Shown in pieces: positions 39,943-49,096 of a stretch of 64,000 nt of DNA. Positions within the stretch are counted from its first letter, which is position 1. Each line of letters begins with the position of its first letter. The DNA is taken from assembly GCA_963736655.1 (NCBI GenBank), contig CAVTPM010000015.1, positions 455,449 to 519,448 on the forward strand. Reading direction: 5' to 3'. Both the position numbers and the translations under genes were made by a program. The notes beneath the pieces were generated by a model. That model had not been told where the DNA came from. It worked only from the letters and a program-made list of their open reading frames with translations, and ran no database searches. The stretch comes from an uncultured Actinomycetota bacterium (GTDB taxonomy: Bacteria > Actinomycetota > Actinomycetes > DATJPE01).

Positions 39943-40710
39943 ATGACGACACGCACCGACCCCTGGCCCCCAGGCACCCCCAACTGGGTCGACCTCGCGA
40001 CCACCGACCGGGAGGGTGCGTTCACCTTCTACGGCGACGTGCTCGGCTGGACGGTCCGGGACACCGGCGAGACGTTCGGCCACTACGGGATGGCCGAGGT
40101 CGATGGTCAGCCCACCGCTGGGATCGCCGCGAAGCAGGACCACGACCCGATGCCCGCGCGGTGGACGACGTACCTCGCGACCGACGATGCCGACGCCACA
40201 GCCGAAGCGATCAAGACCCACGGCGGCACCGTGGTCGCCGGGCCGTTCGACGTGGGCGAGGAGGGCCGGATGGCGCTGGCCCTCGACCCGACGGGCGCGG
40301 AGTTCGGCATCTGGCAGTCCCGCAACCACATCGGCTACCGCCACGTCAACGAGCCCGGCGGCGTGGTCTGGAACATGCTGGCCACCGGCGACCTGGCCGC
40401 GGCCAAGGAGTTCTACGCCGCGGTGTTCGGCTACACCTACACCGACGCCGGAGAGATGGTCACGATCGATGGCGAAGGGCCCGGCGGCACTGTCGGCGGG
40501 ATGGGCGGCCTGGAGGAGGGCAACCCAGACGCACAGACCGCCTGGTCGGTCACCTTCTCGGTTGCCGACGCTGACACCACCGCCCAGCGAGCGATCGAGG
40601 GCGGCGGCACCGTGGTCTTCGGTCCGGTCGACACCGACTGGGGCCGGATGGCGACGATCCGCGACCCGCAGGGGGTGCACTTCGGGGTCATCAGCGCCTC
40701 GGCGCCCTGA
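39943..40710 (+). CDS. Two-domain VOC (glyoxalase/bleomycin-resistance/dioxygenase) family protein
   Basis: Intact 255-aa ORF with duplicated modules (PNWVDLATTD...FYGDVLGW and VVWNMLATGD...FYAAVFGY; DPTGAEFGIWQ and DPQGVHFGVI). Confidence 0.85.
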   Translation: MTTRTDPWPPGTPNWVDLATTDREGAFTFYGDVLGWTVRDTGETFGHYGMAEVDGQPTAGIAAKQDHDPMPARWTTYLATDDADATAEAIKTHGGTVVAGPFDVGEEGRMALALDPTGAEFGIWQSRNHIGYRHVNEPGGVVWNMLATGDLAAAKEFYAAVFGYTYTDAGEMVTIDGEGPGGTVGGMGGLEEGNPDAQTAWSVTFSVADADTTAQRAIEGGGTVVFGPVDTDWGRMATIRDPQGVHFGVISASAP

Positions 40711-40831
40711 CCGTCAGAGGTCGAGGTGCAGCCGGAGCGCCATCGGCAGGAACGCAGAGTGCGACTCGTCGCCATGGGCCTTGGCCTAGGTGTCGAGGAA
40801 CTCGACGTCCTCGTCCGAGCCTCACCCTGGC

Positions 40832-41314
40832 TCAGCCGAGCAGTGCGTCGATCTGGCCGACGGCCTCGGTGAGGCCTTCCGTCATGCCCATCGCGGTGAG
40901 CCGTTCCATCTCCTCCAGGCTGCCGAACGTCCCGACGAAGGTCATCCGAGTACCGTCGCCCATCTCGTCCAAGGACACGGCCATCCGAGTGTGCGGCATC
41001 GCGTCGTCCGGCTCGCCGGAGTCGCTGGCGAAGCCGTCCAAGAGCTCGAGGCCTCGGGGCTCGTCGATGCTCGTGAACTGCCACCAGCCGTGAGCCTTGT
41101 CGCCCGCCGGCCCGGTCATGAAGTACGTCGCCCGCCCGCCGGCGACGAAGTCGAAGTCGACGAAAGTCGCGGGCCAGGTCGGCGGTCCCCACCACTGCTC
41201 GAGCTGACGCGGGTCGGCCCACACCTGCCACACGCGCTCGCGCGCGGCGGCGAACTCGGCGGTCAGGGTCAGCGTCAAGGCTTCGGTGTCCTTGACGACG
41301 TCGATGACGGTCAT
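40832..41314 (-). CDS. SRPBCC-superfamily protein (Aha1/AHSA1-like)
   Basis: Last 160 aa of ORF 40832..41737(-), from MTVIDVVKDTEALTLTLTAEFAAARERVWQVWADPRQLEQWWGP. RBS gaggag. The start overlaps the ArsR stop. Confidence 0.85.
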   Translation of the reverse strand: MTVIDVVKDTEALTLTLTAEFAAARERVWQVWADPRQLEQWWGPPTWPATFVDFDFVAGGRATYFMTGPAGDKAHGWWQFTSIDEPRGLELLDGFASDSGEPDDAMPHTRMAVSLDEMGDGTRMTFVGTFGSLEEMERLTAMGMTEGLTEAVGQIDALLG

Positions 41315-41700
41315 CGGTGATCTCCTCGGGAGTTGGTTGACGGGTGGGTAGTGGCTGGTTCGGATGGTTCGGATGGTTGCGCCAGCAGGGCACTGATGCG
41401 CTCGACCCTGCCGCGCCAGATCTGCTCGTAGTCGTCCAGCAGCTGGGCGGCAGCCCGTACGGACTCGACGTTCCCGCTCACGAGCCGCTCCCGTCCGCTG
41501 GTGCGCTTGGTGACCAGACTCGCTCGTTCCAGGACGGCGACGTGCTTCTGAACGGCCGCGAAGCTCATCGCGTAGCGGCGGGCCAGCGAGGACACGGACT
41601 CCTCGGCGTGCAGGACCCGTACGACGATGTCGCGACGGGTCGCATCCGAGAGGGCCGCGAAGACGAGGTCCACGGGTGAGGGAGCTCGATCTACAACCAT
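41311..41700 (-). CDS. ArsR/SmtB-family HTH transcriptional regulator
   Basis: 129-aa ORF: VFAALSDATRRDIVVRVLHAEESVSSLARRYAMSFAAVQKHVAVLERASLVTKR. Confidence 0.85.
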   Translation of the reverse strand: MVVDRAPSPVDLVFAALSDATRRDIVVRVLHAEESVSSLARRYAMSFAAVQKHVAVLERASLVTKRTSGRERLVSGNVESVRAAAQLLDDYEQIWRGRVERISALLAQPSEPSEPATTHPSTNSRGDHR

Positions 41701-41712
41701 TTGGTTGTAGAT
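41689..41712. promoter_or_regulatory. Perfect 11-2-11 palindrome ATCTACAACCA-TT-TGGTTGTAGAT overlapping the ArsR start codon; candidate autoregulatory operator
   Basis: Read directly. It is AT-rich and overlaps the ArsR ATG (comp. 41698-41700). It is also upstream of the divergent DinB gene. Confidence 0.45.
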
Positions 41713-41818
41713 TACTCCTCCGATGTGGCGATCGCAACCCGAACCGGTCCTCGACGCGCGATGCTCATCGACGGAGTCGCGACATCCGACCGAGGAAGTC
41801 GACCCTGGAGGTTCCCCG

Positions 41819-42341
41819 ATGACTGACTGGATGGCCCCGGAGGTCGACGCGAGACCGCAGCCCGCGGCTGCTCGACGAGCGCGCCTGCCTGCAGGGCTGG
41901 CTCGACTTCCAGCGCCAGACCCTGCTGATGAAGTGCGCCGGCCTCACCCACGGCCAGCTCGCGACCCGATCCGTGCTCCCGTCCAGGCTGTCGCTGCTCG
42001 GCCTCGTCCGGCACATGGCCGAGGTCGAGGCGTGGTGGTTCCGGACCAGCGTGGCCGGCGTGCCGGCGCACGGCTTCTTCGCCCCCGACGGTGACGAGGA
42101 CTTCGAGGACCTCGACGCGGTGCCCGCGGCCGAGGTGTTCGCGACCTACGACGAGCAGTGTCGGCTGGCCGACGCGGCGGTCGCCGACCTCCCCCTCGAG
42201 ACCAGGTTCGCCGCCCCGTGGGAAGGTGCCGGCGACCTCGACCTGCGGTGGGTCTACCTGCACATGATCGAGGAGTACGCCCGCCACAACGGCCATGCCG
42301 ACCTGCTGCGCGAGCTCATCGACGGCGTGACCGGCGACTGA
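41819..42341 (+). pseudogene. DinB-superfamily protein (DUF664 / mycothiol-transferase-like), one frameshift (~41855)
   Basis: RBS ggagg, then ATG at 41819 (MTDWMAPEV, in the frame of ORF 41723..42094). It continues RDRSPRLLDERACLQGWLDFQRQTLLMKCAGLTHGQLA...WVYLHMIEEYARHNGHADLLRELIDG in the frame of ORF 41928..42341. Confidence 0.75.
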
Positions 42342-42345
42342 CGAG

Positions 42346-44730
42346 TCAGGCCGAACAGCGACCTGCTGGACGCGCGGCTAGAGCACGGTCTCGCTCAGGG
42401 ACCTGCGTCAGCAGCGTCACCAGAGTCTCGAGCTGGACGTCGACGGGCTCGCCGTCCTCCGCGTCGGCCCCGTCGAGGGCGCGCGCCGCAAGCCCGGCCT
42501 TGGAGTCGATCAGCTCGGCGACCCTGGTGTCGATGGTCTGCGCCGCGAGGATGCGCCACGCCGTCACCGGCTGGTCCTGACCGATCCGGTGGACCCGGTC
42601 GATCGCCTGGGTCTGCTCGGCCGAGGTCCAGGAGAGCTCGGCGAGGACGACGTTGGACGCGACCTGCAGGTTGATGCCGACGCCGGCGGCGGTCAGCGAG
42701 CAGACGATGACCTCCACGTCGGGATCGTTGACGAAGGCGTCGATGTTGCGGTTGCGCACCCGGGTCGTCTGCTCGCCGCGGATGGACGTGTGCTTGATGC
42801 CCCGCTTCGTGAGCGCCGCCTCGGCGGTGTCCATGACGTCGATGTGCTTGGCGAAGAAGACCACCTTGCCGGCGTTGCGCGAGAGCTGGGCGGTGAAGTC
42901 GGCGGCGAGCTCGGCCTTGGCCGTACCGATGCGCCGCATCATGGCGAACACGTTCTCGCCGGACTCCTTCTCCGTCGCCTCTTTCAGCTCGCGGGTGGCG
43001 ACCCGACGGACGAGCTCGTGGTCGATGCCGTCGACCTCGTCGTCGGTGCCCTTGACGGCGAGAGCGCTGTGGTAGCGCTTCACCAGGCGCTGCACGAGCT
43101 TGCGCTCGGCGTTGCGGATCGACGTCGCCTCGGGGCCGTCGAGCTCCACCGGCACGTCCGCGATCCGACGCGCGGGGATGTCCTTGGCCACTTCTTCCTT
43201 GCGGCGCCGCACGATCCCCTGGTCGATGACGCTCTGCCGGGCCGCGGGGTAGAACGACGGCTCGATCGGCGTACGGCCGTTGCGCTCGAGGGACTGCAGG
43301 AGGGCCGGCGCCACCTTGTCGTTCTCGATCCAGCCGAGGAACTCCCAGATGGCGAGGAAGTCCTCGATGTCGTTGATGAGCGGGGTGCCGGTGAGGGCCA
43401 TGAGCAGCGGTCGTACGGTCCGCTGGCGGACCTTGCGCGACAGGTCGAGGACGCTGCGCGAGCGCAGGGACGTCTTGTTCTTGATGAAGTGCGCCTCGTC
43501 GATGACCATGCCGCGGAAGCCGAACGTGCCGAGCCACCCGACGTGCCGGCTGAGGATGTCGTAGTTGACGATGACGATGTCGGAGAAGGCGTCGATGGTC
43601 TCGCCGTCGCTGTGGACGACGGTCGCGGGATGGCTCGGCACCCACATCGCGGCCTCGCGCGCCCAGCTGGTCTTGACGACGTTCGGCACGACGACGAGCA
43701 GCGGGAAGGCGTTCGCAGCCTGAGCCGCGAGCAGCGCCTGGGCCGTCTTGCCGAGACCGGGCTCGTCGGCGAGCAGGAACGTGCGGTGCCCGGCCTTCGC
43801 GGCGGCGACCATCCGCGCCTGGTGCGGCATCAGGTCGCGGCCCGGGGCGATGTGCGCGCCCGACGGCTGAGGCAGGTCCATGCAGGACGTGCCGCCGCTG
43901 CTGGCCTCCTCGAAGGAGCGCAGCAGCGGGTCGATCAGCGCCCAGTCGGCGAGCAGCCGGACCGGCGCGGCCACGGGCAGCGGGGCCGAGTGGTCCGGGG
44001 CGAGGAACGGGTTGGCCAGCTGCCGGGCGACGACGGACTGCGGCACGACCTGGGGCTTCAGGAGGACGGGCTCCGCGGCGACCGCCTCCTGGGCCGGCGC
44101 GGGGGCCGCCTCCGGCTCGGGCATGCCCGCCTTGGCGTGCAGCTCGCGGACCATCTCCTTGGTGCCTGGCTGGAGGGGTACGTCGTCGCCGAGCATGCGG
44201 AGCAGCGACGCGTTGCGCGCAGCCGTACGCGCCATGGACTCCGCGAGGCCGTCGAGGCGCTTCAGCTCGGCGGTGCGTTGGCGCTCGTTGGGCTCGGCCT
44301 TGGCCTGCGCGCGGAGCTCGCGCGCCACGATCGCTACGGCTTGGAAGGTCGCCAGCGTGGTGGCCGTGACCTTGCCCTTGTCGACCGCCGAGGCGACCCG
44401 CCGCATGGCGTTGGCCAGGGTGGGGACCCCGCCCTCGTCCTTGCGCCGGCGCGGCGCGCTGGTTCGGGGGGTGCCGGATCGCCGCGCGCCGGGTTGCTGC
44501 GCGGCGGGTTGCTGGCGCGCAGGGCCGGCTCGGCCCGTGCCGCGACGGCGCGTTCTCGGTGGCACTCCCACTCCCCATGGGTCGACTGCAGCGGCCGTGA
44601 TCTCCCAGGCCGTCCCCTGCTCGTCCGCACCGTGCTCCACCAGCTCAGTGCCGCAGAACCTGCCCTTGGGGCAGTCGGCACATGTGGGCGGCAGCAAACG
44701 CCTGGTGGACCTCAGTGTAGGGCGTGGCAC
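42346..44730 (-). CDS. SNF2-family helicase/translocase with a ~300-aa non-helicase N-terminal region
   Basis: Intact 794-aa ORF. Motif I is LADEPGLGKTAQAL, motif II is VIDEAHFIKN, followed by ALTGTPLIN. C-terminal helicase lobe: VVFFAKH...LTAAGVGINLQ...QAIDRVHRIGQ. The N-terminus has CADCPKGRFCG plus basic low-complexity sequence. Confidence 0.85.
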   Translation of the reverse strand: MPRPTLRSTRRLLPPTCADCPKGRFCGTELVEHGADEQGTAWEITAAAVDPWGVGVPPRTRRRGTGRAGPARQQPAAQQPGARRSGTPRTSAPRRRKDEGGVPTLANAMRRVASAVDKGKVTATTLATFQAVAIVARELRAQAKAEPNERQRTAELKRLDGLAESMARTAARNASLLRMLGDDVPLQPGTKEMVRELHAKAGMPEPEAAPAPAQEAVAAEPVLLKPQVVPQSVVARQLANPFLAPDHSAPLPVAAPVRLLADWALIDPLLRSFEEASSGGTSCMDLPQPSGAHIAPGRDLMPHQARMVAAAKAGHRTFLLADEPGLGKTAQALLAAQAANAFPLLVVVPNVVKTSWAREAAMWVPSHPATVVHSDGETIDAFSDIVIVNYDILSRHVGWLGTFGFRGMVIDEAHFIKNKTSLRSRSVLDLSRKVRQRTVRPLLMALTGTPLINDIEDFLAIWEFLGWIENDKVAPALLQSLERNGRTPIEPSFYPAARQSVIDQGIVRRRKEEVAKDIPARRIADVPVELDGPEATSIRNAERKLVQRLVKRYHSALAVKGTDDEVDGIDHELVRRVATRELKEATEKESGENVFAMMRRIGTAKAELAADFTAQLSRNAGKVVFFAKHIDVMDTAEAALTKRGIKHTSIRGEQTTRVRNRNIDAFVNDPDVEVIVCSLTAAGVGINLQVASNVVLAELSWTSAEQTQAIDRVHRIGQDQPVTAWRILAAQTIDTRVAELIDSKAGLAARALDGADAEDGEPVDVQLETLVTLLTQVPERDRALAARPAGRCSA

Positions 44731-44754
44731 CCCGCGGTCTGGACCAGGAATCCT

Positions 44755-46166
44755 CTACGACGCCGCGGGCGGCACCGGGTGGTTCGCACGGATGGTGTCT
44801 CCGGGGTCGTACGCCGTCTTCACCGCCTGCAGTCGCGCGTACGTCTCCTCACCGAAGAAGACCGCACCCGCCTGCGAGGACTCCGCGAAGTTCAGGTAGC
44901 ACCGGTCGATGACCCAGGGCGCCACGGCTTGTCCCAACTCGGTGACCGAGGCGTGGACGGCTGCAGCAGCCTCCGGGAAGGGGGCGATGCCGACGGCATA
45001 TCCGGCGAAGGCACCCGGCAAACCGTCGACCGCGCCCCCCTCTTCGGCCCGGCCAGGCGTGAGGGCTCCACCGAGGTGCCGCAGCTCCACGGACAGCAGG
45101 GGGCACTCGACGCCGGGGCCCGCCACCGTGAGCAGAGCATCGATGGCCTCGTCCGGTGCGGCGTCGAGGAGGAAGCCGTCCCCCAGACCCGGGACCGGCC
45201 CCGGCGGATCCATGTGCAGCTGGTCCAGCGCGGATATCGGCGTCACCGCGACCGTGTCCATCGCCGGGCTCAGCGCCCTCAACGGGGCGAGTAGGGCGTC
45301 GGTCTCCTCCGCCGACAGGGTGGAGACCACCTCCACGAGGGCGAACGACTGACCGCTGAGGAACGGGGGCAGGTCCGGCAGCGGCGGGAACCGCAGCAGC
45401 CGGCCCAGCGACGTGACCTGGTCGGGGACGTCGTCGGTCCAGCTCCTCCACGCCGTGAGCACCTCGCGCGCCCGCTCGAGCGGGTAGAACAACGCGCCCG
45501 AGCAGACCTCGGTCACGGGGAACAGGTCGATCTCCAGCGCCGTGACCACGGCGAAGCTCCCACCACCACCGCGCAACGCCCAGAACAGGTCCGGCTCGTT
45601 GTCGGTGTCGACGCGCCGGGAGTTCCCGTCAGCGGTCACCACCTCCAGGGCGCGCACGTGGTTGGCGGCCAGGCCGTGCGAGCGGGCCAACCAGCTGACA
45701 CCGCCGCCGAGGGTGTAGCCGGCGACCCCGACGTCATGGGCAGAGCCAGCGAGCGCTGCCAGCCCGTGCTCGACGACGGCCGGCGTCACCTGCCCCCAGA
45801 CGGCACCCGCCTCGACCCGGGCGCTACGGCGCTGCGAGTCGACGCTCACGCCACGCAGCTCGGACACGCGCAGCAGGATCGTGTCGGTCAGCGGGCCCAG
45901 GGCGCGGCGTTGTGGCCAGTCGACTGGGGGGCCACGCGCAGGCCCAGCCCGCTCGCCGTACGGACGACCTCCTGGACATCACTCACGGACCCGGCGATCA
46001 CGACCGCCGTGGGTTGCTGGTCGACCGCGAGGTTCCAAGCCTGGCGTGCGGTGTCCCAGTCAGCGTCGCCCGGGAGGACCAGCCGCCCGTCCAGGCTGCT
46101 GGCCAGCTGCTGCAACGCCTGTGCCGTCTCCACGAGGTCTGCGGTCGGCTGGTCGAGGTGGTTCAT
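44755..46166 (-). pseudogene. FAD-binding (PCMH-type, BBE-like) oxidoreductase, one frameshift (~45900)
   Basis: The N-terminus MNHLDQPTADLVE...AVVIAGSVSDVQEVVRTASGLGLRVAPQSTGHNAAP is in ORF 45888..46394(-). It continues LGPLTDTILLRVSELRGVSV...GVAGYTLGGGVSWLARSHGLA...DLFWALRGGGGSF...YDPGDTIRANHPV in ORF 44755..45867(-). One C is missing in GCGCCCTGGGCC. Confidence 0.85.
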
Positions 46167-46360
46167 GCTGCTCTCCACACAGATGTCGAGGGTGGCTGAA
46201 GCCGGTCGGGCCGAAGTTATCGTCCGACCGCCCTCCGTGGCGACCGAATGGTGAAGGTCTCGACGCGTCCTTCGGCCGTCTGCCCTCGCTCCGGTTCCCG
46301 AGCCCGCGGACGTACGGCGCAGCTCAGCCCGGTCGGCCGGGCGCTGGATGGTCAACGAGA

Positions 46361-46396
46361 AGGTGCACCATCCCGCGAGCCCGGGATGGTGCACCT
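46361..46396 (-). terminator. 15-bp perfect stem hairpin (aggtgcaccatcccg / cgggatggtgcacct, 6-nt loop) downstream of the DUF4242 remnant
   Basis: Read directly. It lies 23 nt beyond the stop at 46419-46421 on the minus strand and is followed by ttctcgtt. Confidence 0.5.
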
Positions 46397-46418
46397 CCGA
46401 TCACGCTGAACGGGCCGG

Positions 46419-46631
46419 TCACACGCCTTCGGCGACAGGGTAGATCGCGTCGGCGAGCAGGCCGTGGGCCTCCCGGTGGACGGAGACCGCCGCCTCGGCG
46501 TCGGGCGCCTCGACGAGGCAGAAGATCCGTCCGTTCGCCTCGTCGACCCAGTACTGCTTGTAGTCGACGCCGTAGCGCGACTGGGCCAACAGGTCGGCCT
46601 GGTGGGCGGCGGCGACATCAGTCGCCGCGAC
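46419..46631 (-). pseudogene. DUF4242-like small protein, 5'-truncated remnant
   Basis: My translation (not in the ORF track, as there is no start codon): ...ATDVAAAHQADLLAQSRYGVDYKQYWVDEANGRIFCLVEAPDAEAAVSVHREAHGLLADAIYPVAEGV*. The first ~12-15 residues of the family pattern (MP.YMDVH...) are absent. The frame runs into the AraC fragment. Confidence 0.6.
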
Positions 46632-46901
46632 TGGACGGTGGAGGCCTTGGCCCGCGAGGCCGCCGTCTCACGTTCGGTGCTGGACGCGCGGTTCCGGGAG
46701 GTCCTCGGGCGCTCGCCGATCCGCTACCTGACCGAGTGGCGCATGCACATCGCCGAGGACCTGCTGATCACCACCGATCTCCCCGTCGGGACCATCGCCC
46801 GACGAGTCGGCTACGACGCCGAGGAGGCCTTCAGCCGCGCCTTCAAGCGATCCCACGGCAGCGCGCCCAGCGTCTGGCGATCGAAGCACCCGCTTCGGTG
46901 A
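46602..46901 (+). pseudogene. AraC-family regulator, C-terminal HTH domain only (N-terminal domain missing)
   Basis: ORF 46464..46901. Only WTVEALAREAAVSRSVLDARFREVLGRSPIRYLTEWRMHIAEDLLITTDLPVGTIARRVGYDAEEAFSRAFKRSHGSAPSVWR is AraC-like. The upstream part of the ORF is antisense to the DUF4242 remnant. A GTG at 46602 could still give a ~100-aa HTH-only product. Confidence 0.6.
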
Positions 46902-46938
46902 GACGCGCCCGACTCCTTGGTCAGCCTCTTCGAGGACG

Positions 46939-47106
46939 CTACACCTTCGACGTCCGCCCGCCGAAGAGTCGCTCCATGAGCGAGGGAGGCGGCGGGCACT
47001 GGCACCGCTTGGACTTCGGGACGCCGGCCATCACCTGGTTCACGTGCTGGCCGCACCCGGACCAGGACGGCTTGTGGCACCTGCGGCAGGTGGTCTGTCG
47101 GCACAT
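46939..47106 (-). CDS. Small Cys-rich protein (55 aa), last gene of the sulfide-oxidation operon; paralogue of 57032..57148
   Basis: RBS ggagga, then ATG (comp. 47104-47106): MCRQTTCRRCHKPSWSGCGQHVNQVMAGVPKSKRCQCPPPPSLMERLFGGRTSKV. It is visible as the tail of ORF 46939..47499(-) and lies 38 nt after the CoADR-RHD stop. Confidence 0.6.
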   Translation of the reverse strand: MCRQTTCRRCHKPSWSGCGQHVNQVMAGVPKSKRCQCPPPPSLMERLFGGRTSKV

Positions 47107-47144
47107 CGGGGTTCCTCCGTGAAGGTCGTGTCGGTCGAGCTGGG

Positions 47145-48899
47145 TCAGTGGGGGTGGGACATGGGCTGCCGGGCGGCGAGCGTGTCCTCGGCGTAGGTCA
47201 CGACGGGGTACTGCACATGGCCGGCGCTGCCGTCCGGGTGGACCGCCCGGAAGGTGAGCTCGCCGCCGCACAGCGTGCGCGCGTCCGGCCAGCCACGCTG
47301 GGCGAGGATGCGCTGGGCGAGGTAGGACCGGAACCCCGAGCGGCAGTACACGAGCACCTCGGCGCCGACGGGGATCTCGTCGAGCCGGGAGCGGAGCTCC
47401 TTGAGCGGAATGAGCGTCGAGCCCGGCAGGGCCCAGCTCGCGTGCTCCTCCGGACTGCGCACGTCGAGCAAGAAGGAGCTCTCGGGGAGCGCCGGCCACT
47501 CCTCGGCGTACCAGAGCGCGACGTCGCCGCGCAGCAGGTTGCCTCCCACGAAGCCGGCCATGTTCACCGGGTCCTTCGCGGAGCCGTACGGCGGGGCGTA
47601 CGCCAGCTCGAGGTGCTCGAGGTCCTCGATGCTCATGCCGGCCCGCAGTGCGACGGCGAGCACGTCGATCCGCTTGTCGACGCCGTCGACGCCGACCGCC
47701 TGGGCGCCCAGCAGCCTGCCGTCGTTCGGGTCGAAGAGCACCTTGAGGTGCATGGCGTGGGTGCCGGGGTAGTACGAGGCGTGGCCGTTGGGGTGCACGT
47801 GCACCTTGCGGTAGGGCCGGCCGAGCCGCTTCAGGGTGCGCTCGGTGGCACCGGTCATGCCGGCGGTGAGCTCGAAGACCTTGACGATGCCGGTGCCCTG
47901 CGTCGAGGTGTAGGCCGAAGGCCGGCCGGCGATGTGGTCCGCGGCGATGCGACCCTGCCGGTTGGCTGGCCCCGCCAGCGGGACCACCACCGGCTCGCCG
48001 GTGACCGTGTCGGTGACCTGGACGGAGTCACCGACCGCGTAGACGTGCGGGTCCGACGTCCGCATGTGCTCGTCCACGATCACCGCGCCACGCTCCGACA
48101 GGAGCAGGCCGGCCTCCGCGGCCAGGCTGGTCTCAGGGCGGACGCCGACCGCAAGGATCACCAGGTCGGTGGTGATCTGCTCGGTTCCGAGCTCGACGAC
48201 CACCCGGTCCGCGCCGTCGGAGAAACCCGAGGCGCGCGTCGAAAGGATGACGCGCACACCGTGCTGCTCGAGGTGGTCCTCGAGGTGCCGGGACATCTCA
48301 GGGTCGAGCACCGTCATCACCTGGTCGAGCGCCTCGACCAGCGTGACCTCCAGGCCCCGGTGACGCAGGGCCTCGACCATCTCCAGACCGATGTAGCCGC
48401 CCCCGATCACCACGGCCGAGCGCGCTCCCTCGTCCAGGACCTCGATGATCCGGTCCATGTCGGGGATGGTGCGCAGCACCAGGATGCGCGGATGGTCGAC
48501 CCCCGGCAGCGGCGGTCGAAGCGGCGACGCGCCGGTGGCGATCACGAGGACGTCGTAGGTCTCCGAGTACTCGAGGCCCGTGCCGTCGACGACAGACACC
48601 CTTCGAGCCTCTCGGTCGATGCTGGTGACCTCGTGACCGGTCCGGACGTCCAGCGCCAACGACTCGCGCAGGCTCTCGGGGGTCTGCAGGAGCAGCGCCT
48701 CGCGGTCCTCGATGTCGCCACCGATGTGGTAGGGCAGGCCGCAGTTGGCGAAGGACACGTACGGGTCGCGCTCGAGGACGACGATCTCGGCCGTCTCGTC
48801 GAGGCGGCGGAGCCGAGCTGCTGCGGACATGCCTCCGGCGACGCCGCCGATGACGACGACCTTGGTGCTGCTCGGAGGATTCGCAGGTGCAGCAGTCAT
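47145..48899 (-). CDS. CoA-disulfide-reductase-like FAD/NAD(P) oxidoreductase with a C-terminal rhodanese domain (CoADR-RHD)
   Basis: Intact 584-aa ORF: VVVIGGVAGGMSAAARLRR, redox Cys in YVSFANCGLPYHIGG, VYAVGD, and rhodanese active-site loop VLVYCRSGFRS. Confidence 0.9.
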   Translation of the reverse strand: MTAAPANPPSSTKVVVIGGVAGGMSAAARLRRLDETAEIVVLERDPYVSFANCGLPYHIGGDIEDREALLLQTPESLRESLALDVRTGHEVTSIDREARRVSVVDGTGLEYSETYDVLVIATGASPLRPPLPGVDHPRILVLRTIPDMDRIIEVLDEGARSAVVIGGGYIGLEMVEALRHRGLEVTLVEALDQVMTVLDPEMSRHLEDHLEQHGVRVILSTRASGFSDGADRVVVELGTEQITTDLVILAVGVRPETSLAAEAGLLLSERGAVIVDEHMRTSDPHVYAVGDSVQVTDTVTGEPVVVPLAGPANRQGRIAADHIAGRPSAYTSTQGTGIVKVFELTAGMTGATERTLKRLGRPYRKVHVHPNGHASYYPGTHAMHLKVLFDPNDGRLLGAQAVGVDGVDKRIDVLAVALRAGMSIEDLEHLELAYAPPYGSAKDPVNMAGFVGGNLLRGDVALWYAEEWPALPESSFLLDVRSPEEHASWALPGSTLIPLKELRSRLDEIPVGAEVLVYCRSGFRSYLAQRILAQRGWPDARTLCGGELTFRAVHPDGSAGHVQYPVVTYAEDTLAARQPMSHPH

Positions 48900-48912
48900 C
48901 AGGTGTTCCCCC

Positions 48913-49059
48913 TCAGTGGTGGCCCTTGCGGACCATCTTCATCATGCGCAGGTTGATGGAGGTGAAGCGCCAGGCCTGCACGACCAGGTTCGTGCGCGAG
49001 CGCAACGTCTTCTCGGTGGGCAGGGGCGCTGCTGCGATCTGTCGGTCGGCGTCGTCCAT
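48913..49059 (-). CDS. Small ORF (48 aa) between sqr and CoADR-RHD
   Basis: Below the ORF-track size cut-off. RBS gaggag, then ATG (comp. 49057-49059): MDDADRQIAAAPLPTEKTLRSRTNLVVQAWRFTSINLRMMKMVRKGHH*. It fits the 183-nt gap between two same-strand genes. The family is unknown. Confidence 0.4.
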   Translation of the reverse strand: MDDADRQIAAAPLPTEKTLRSRTNLVVQAWRFTSINLRMMKMVRKGHH

Positions 49060-49096
49060 CGGTGCTCCTCAGAGGTTCGTCGGTGGGGCGGTCAGG

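Noticed and set aside
42589-45294. A 901-aa ORF on the plus strand, the longest in the track.
   Set aside because: It is antisense to the SNF2 and FAD-oxidase genes, which have clear motifs. The translation is Arg/Gly/Asp/His-rich with no recognisable motif. This is typical of spurious long ORFs on the opposite strand of high-GC genes.
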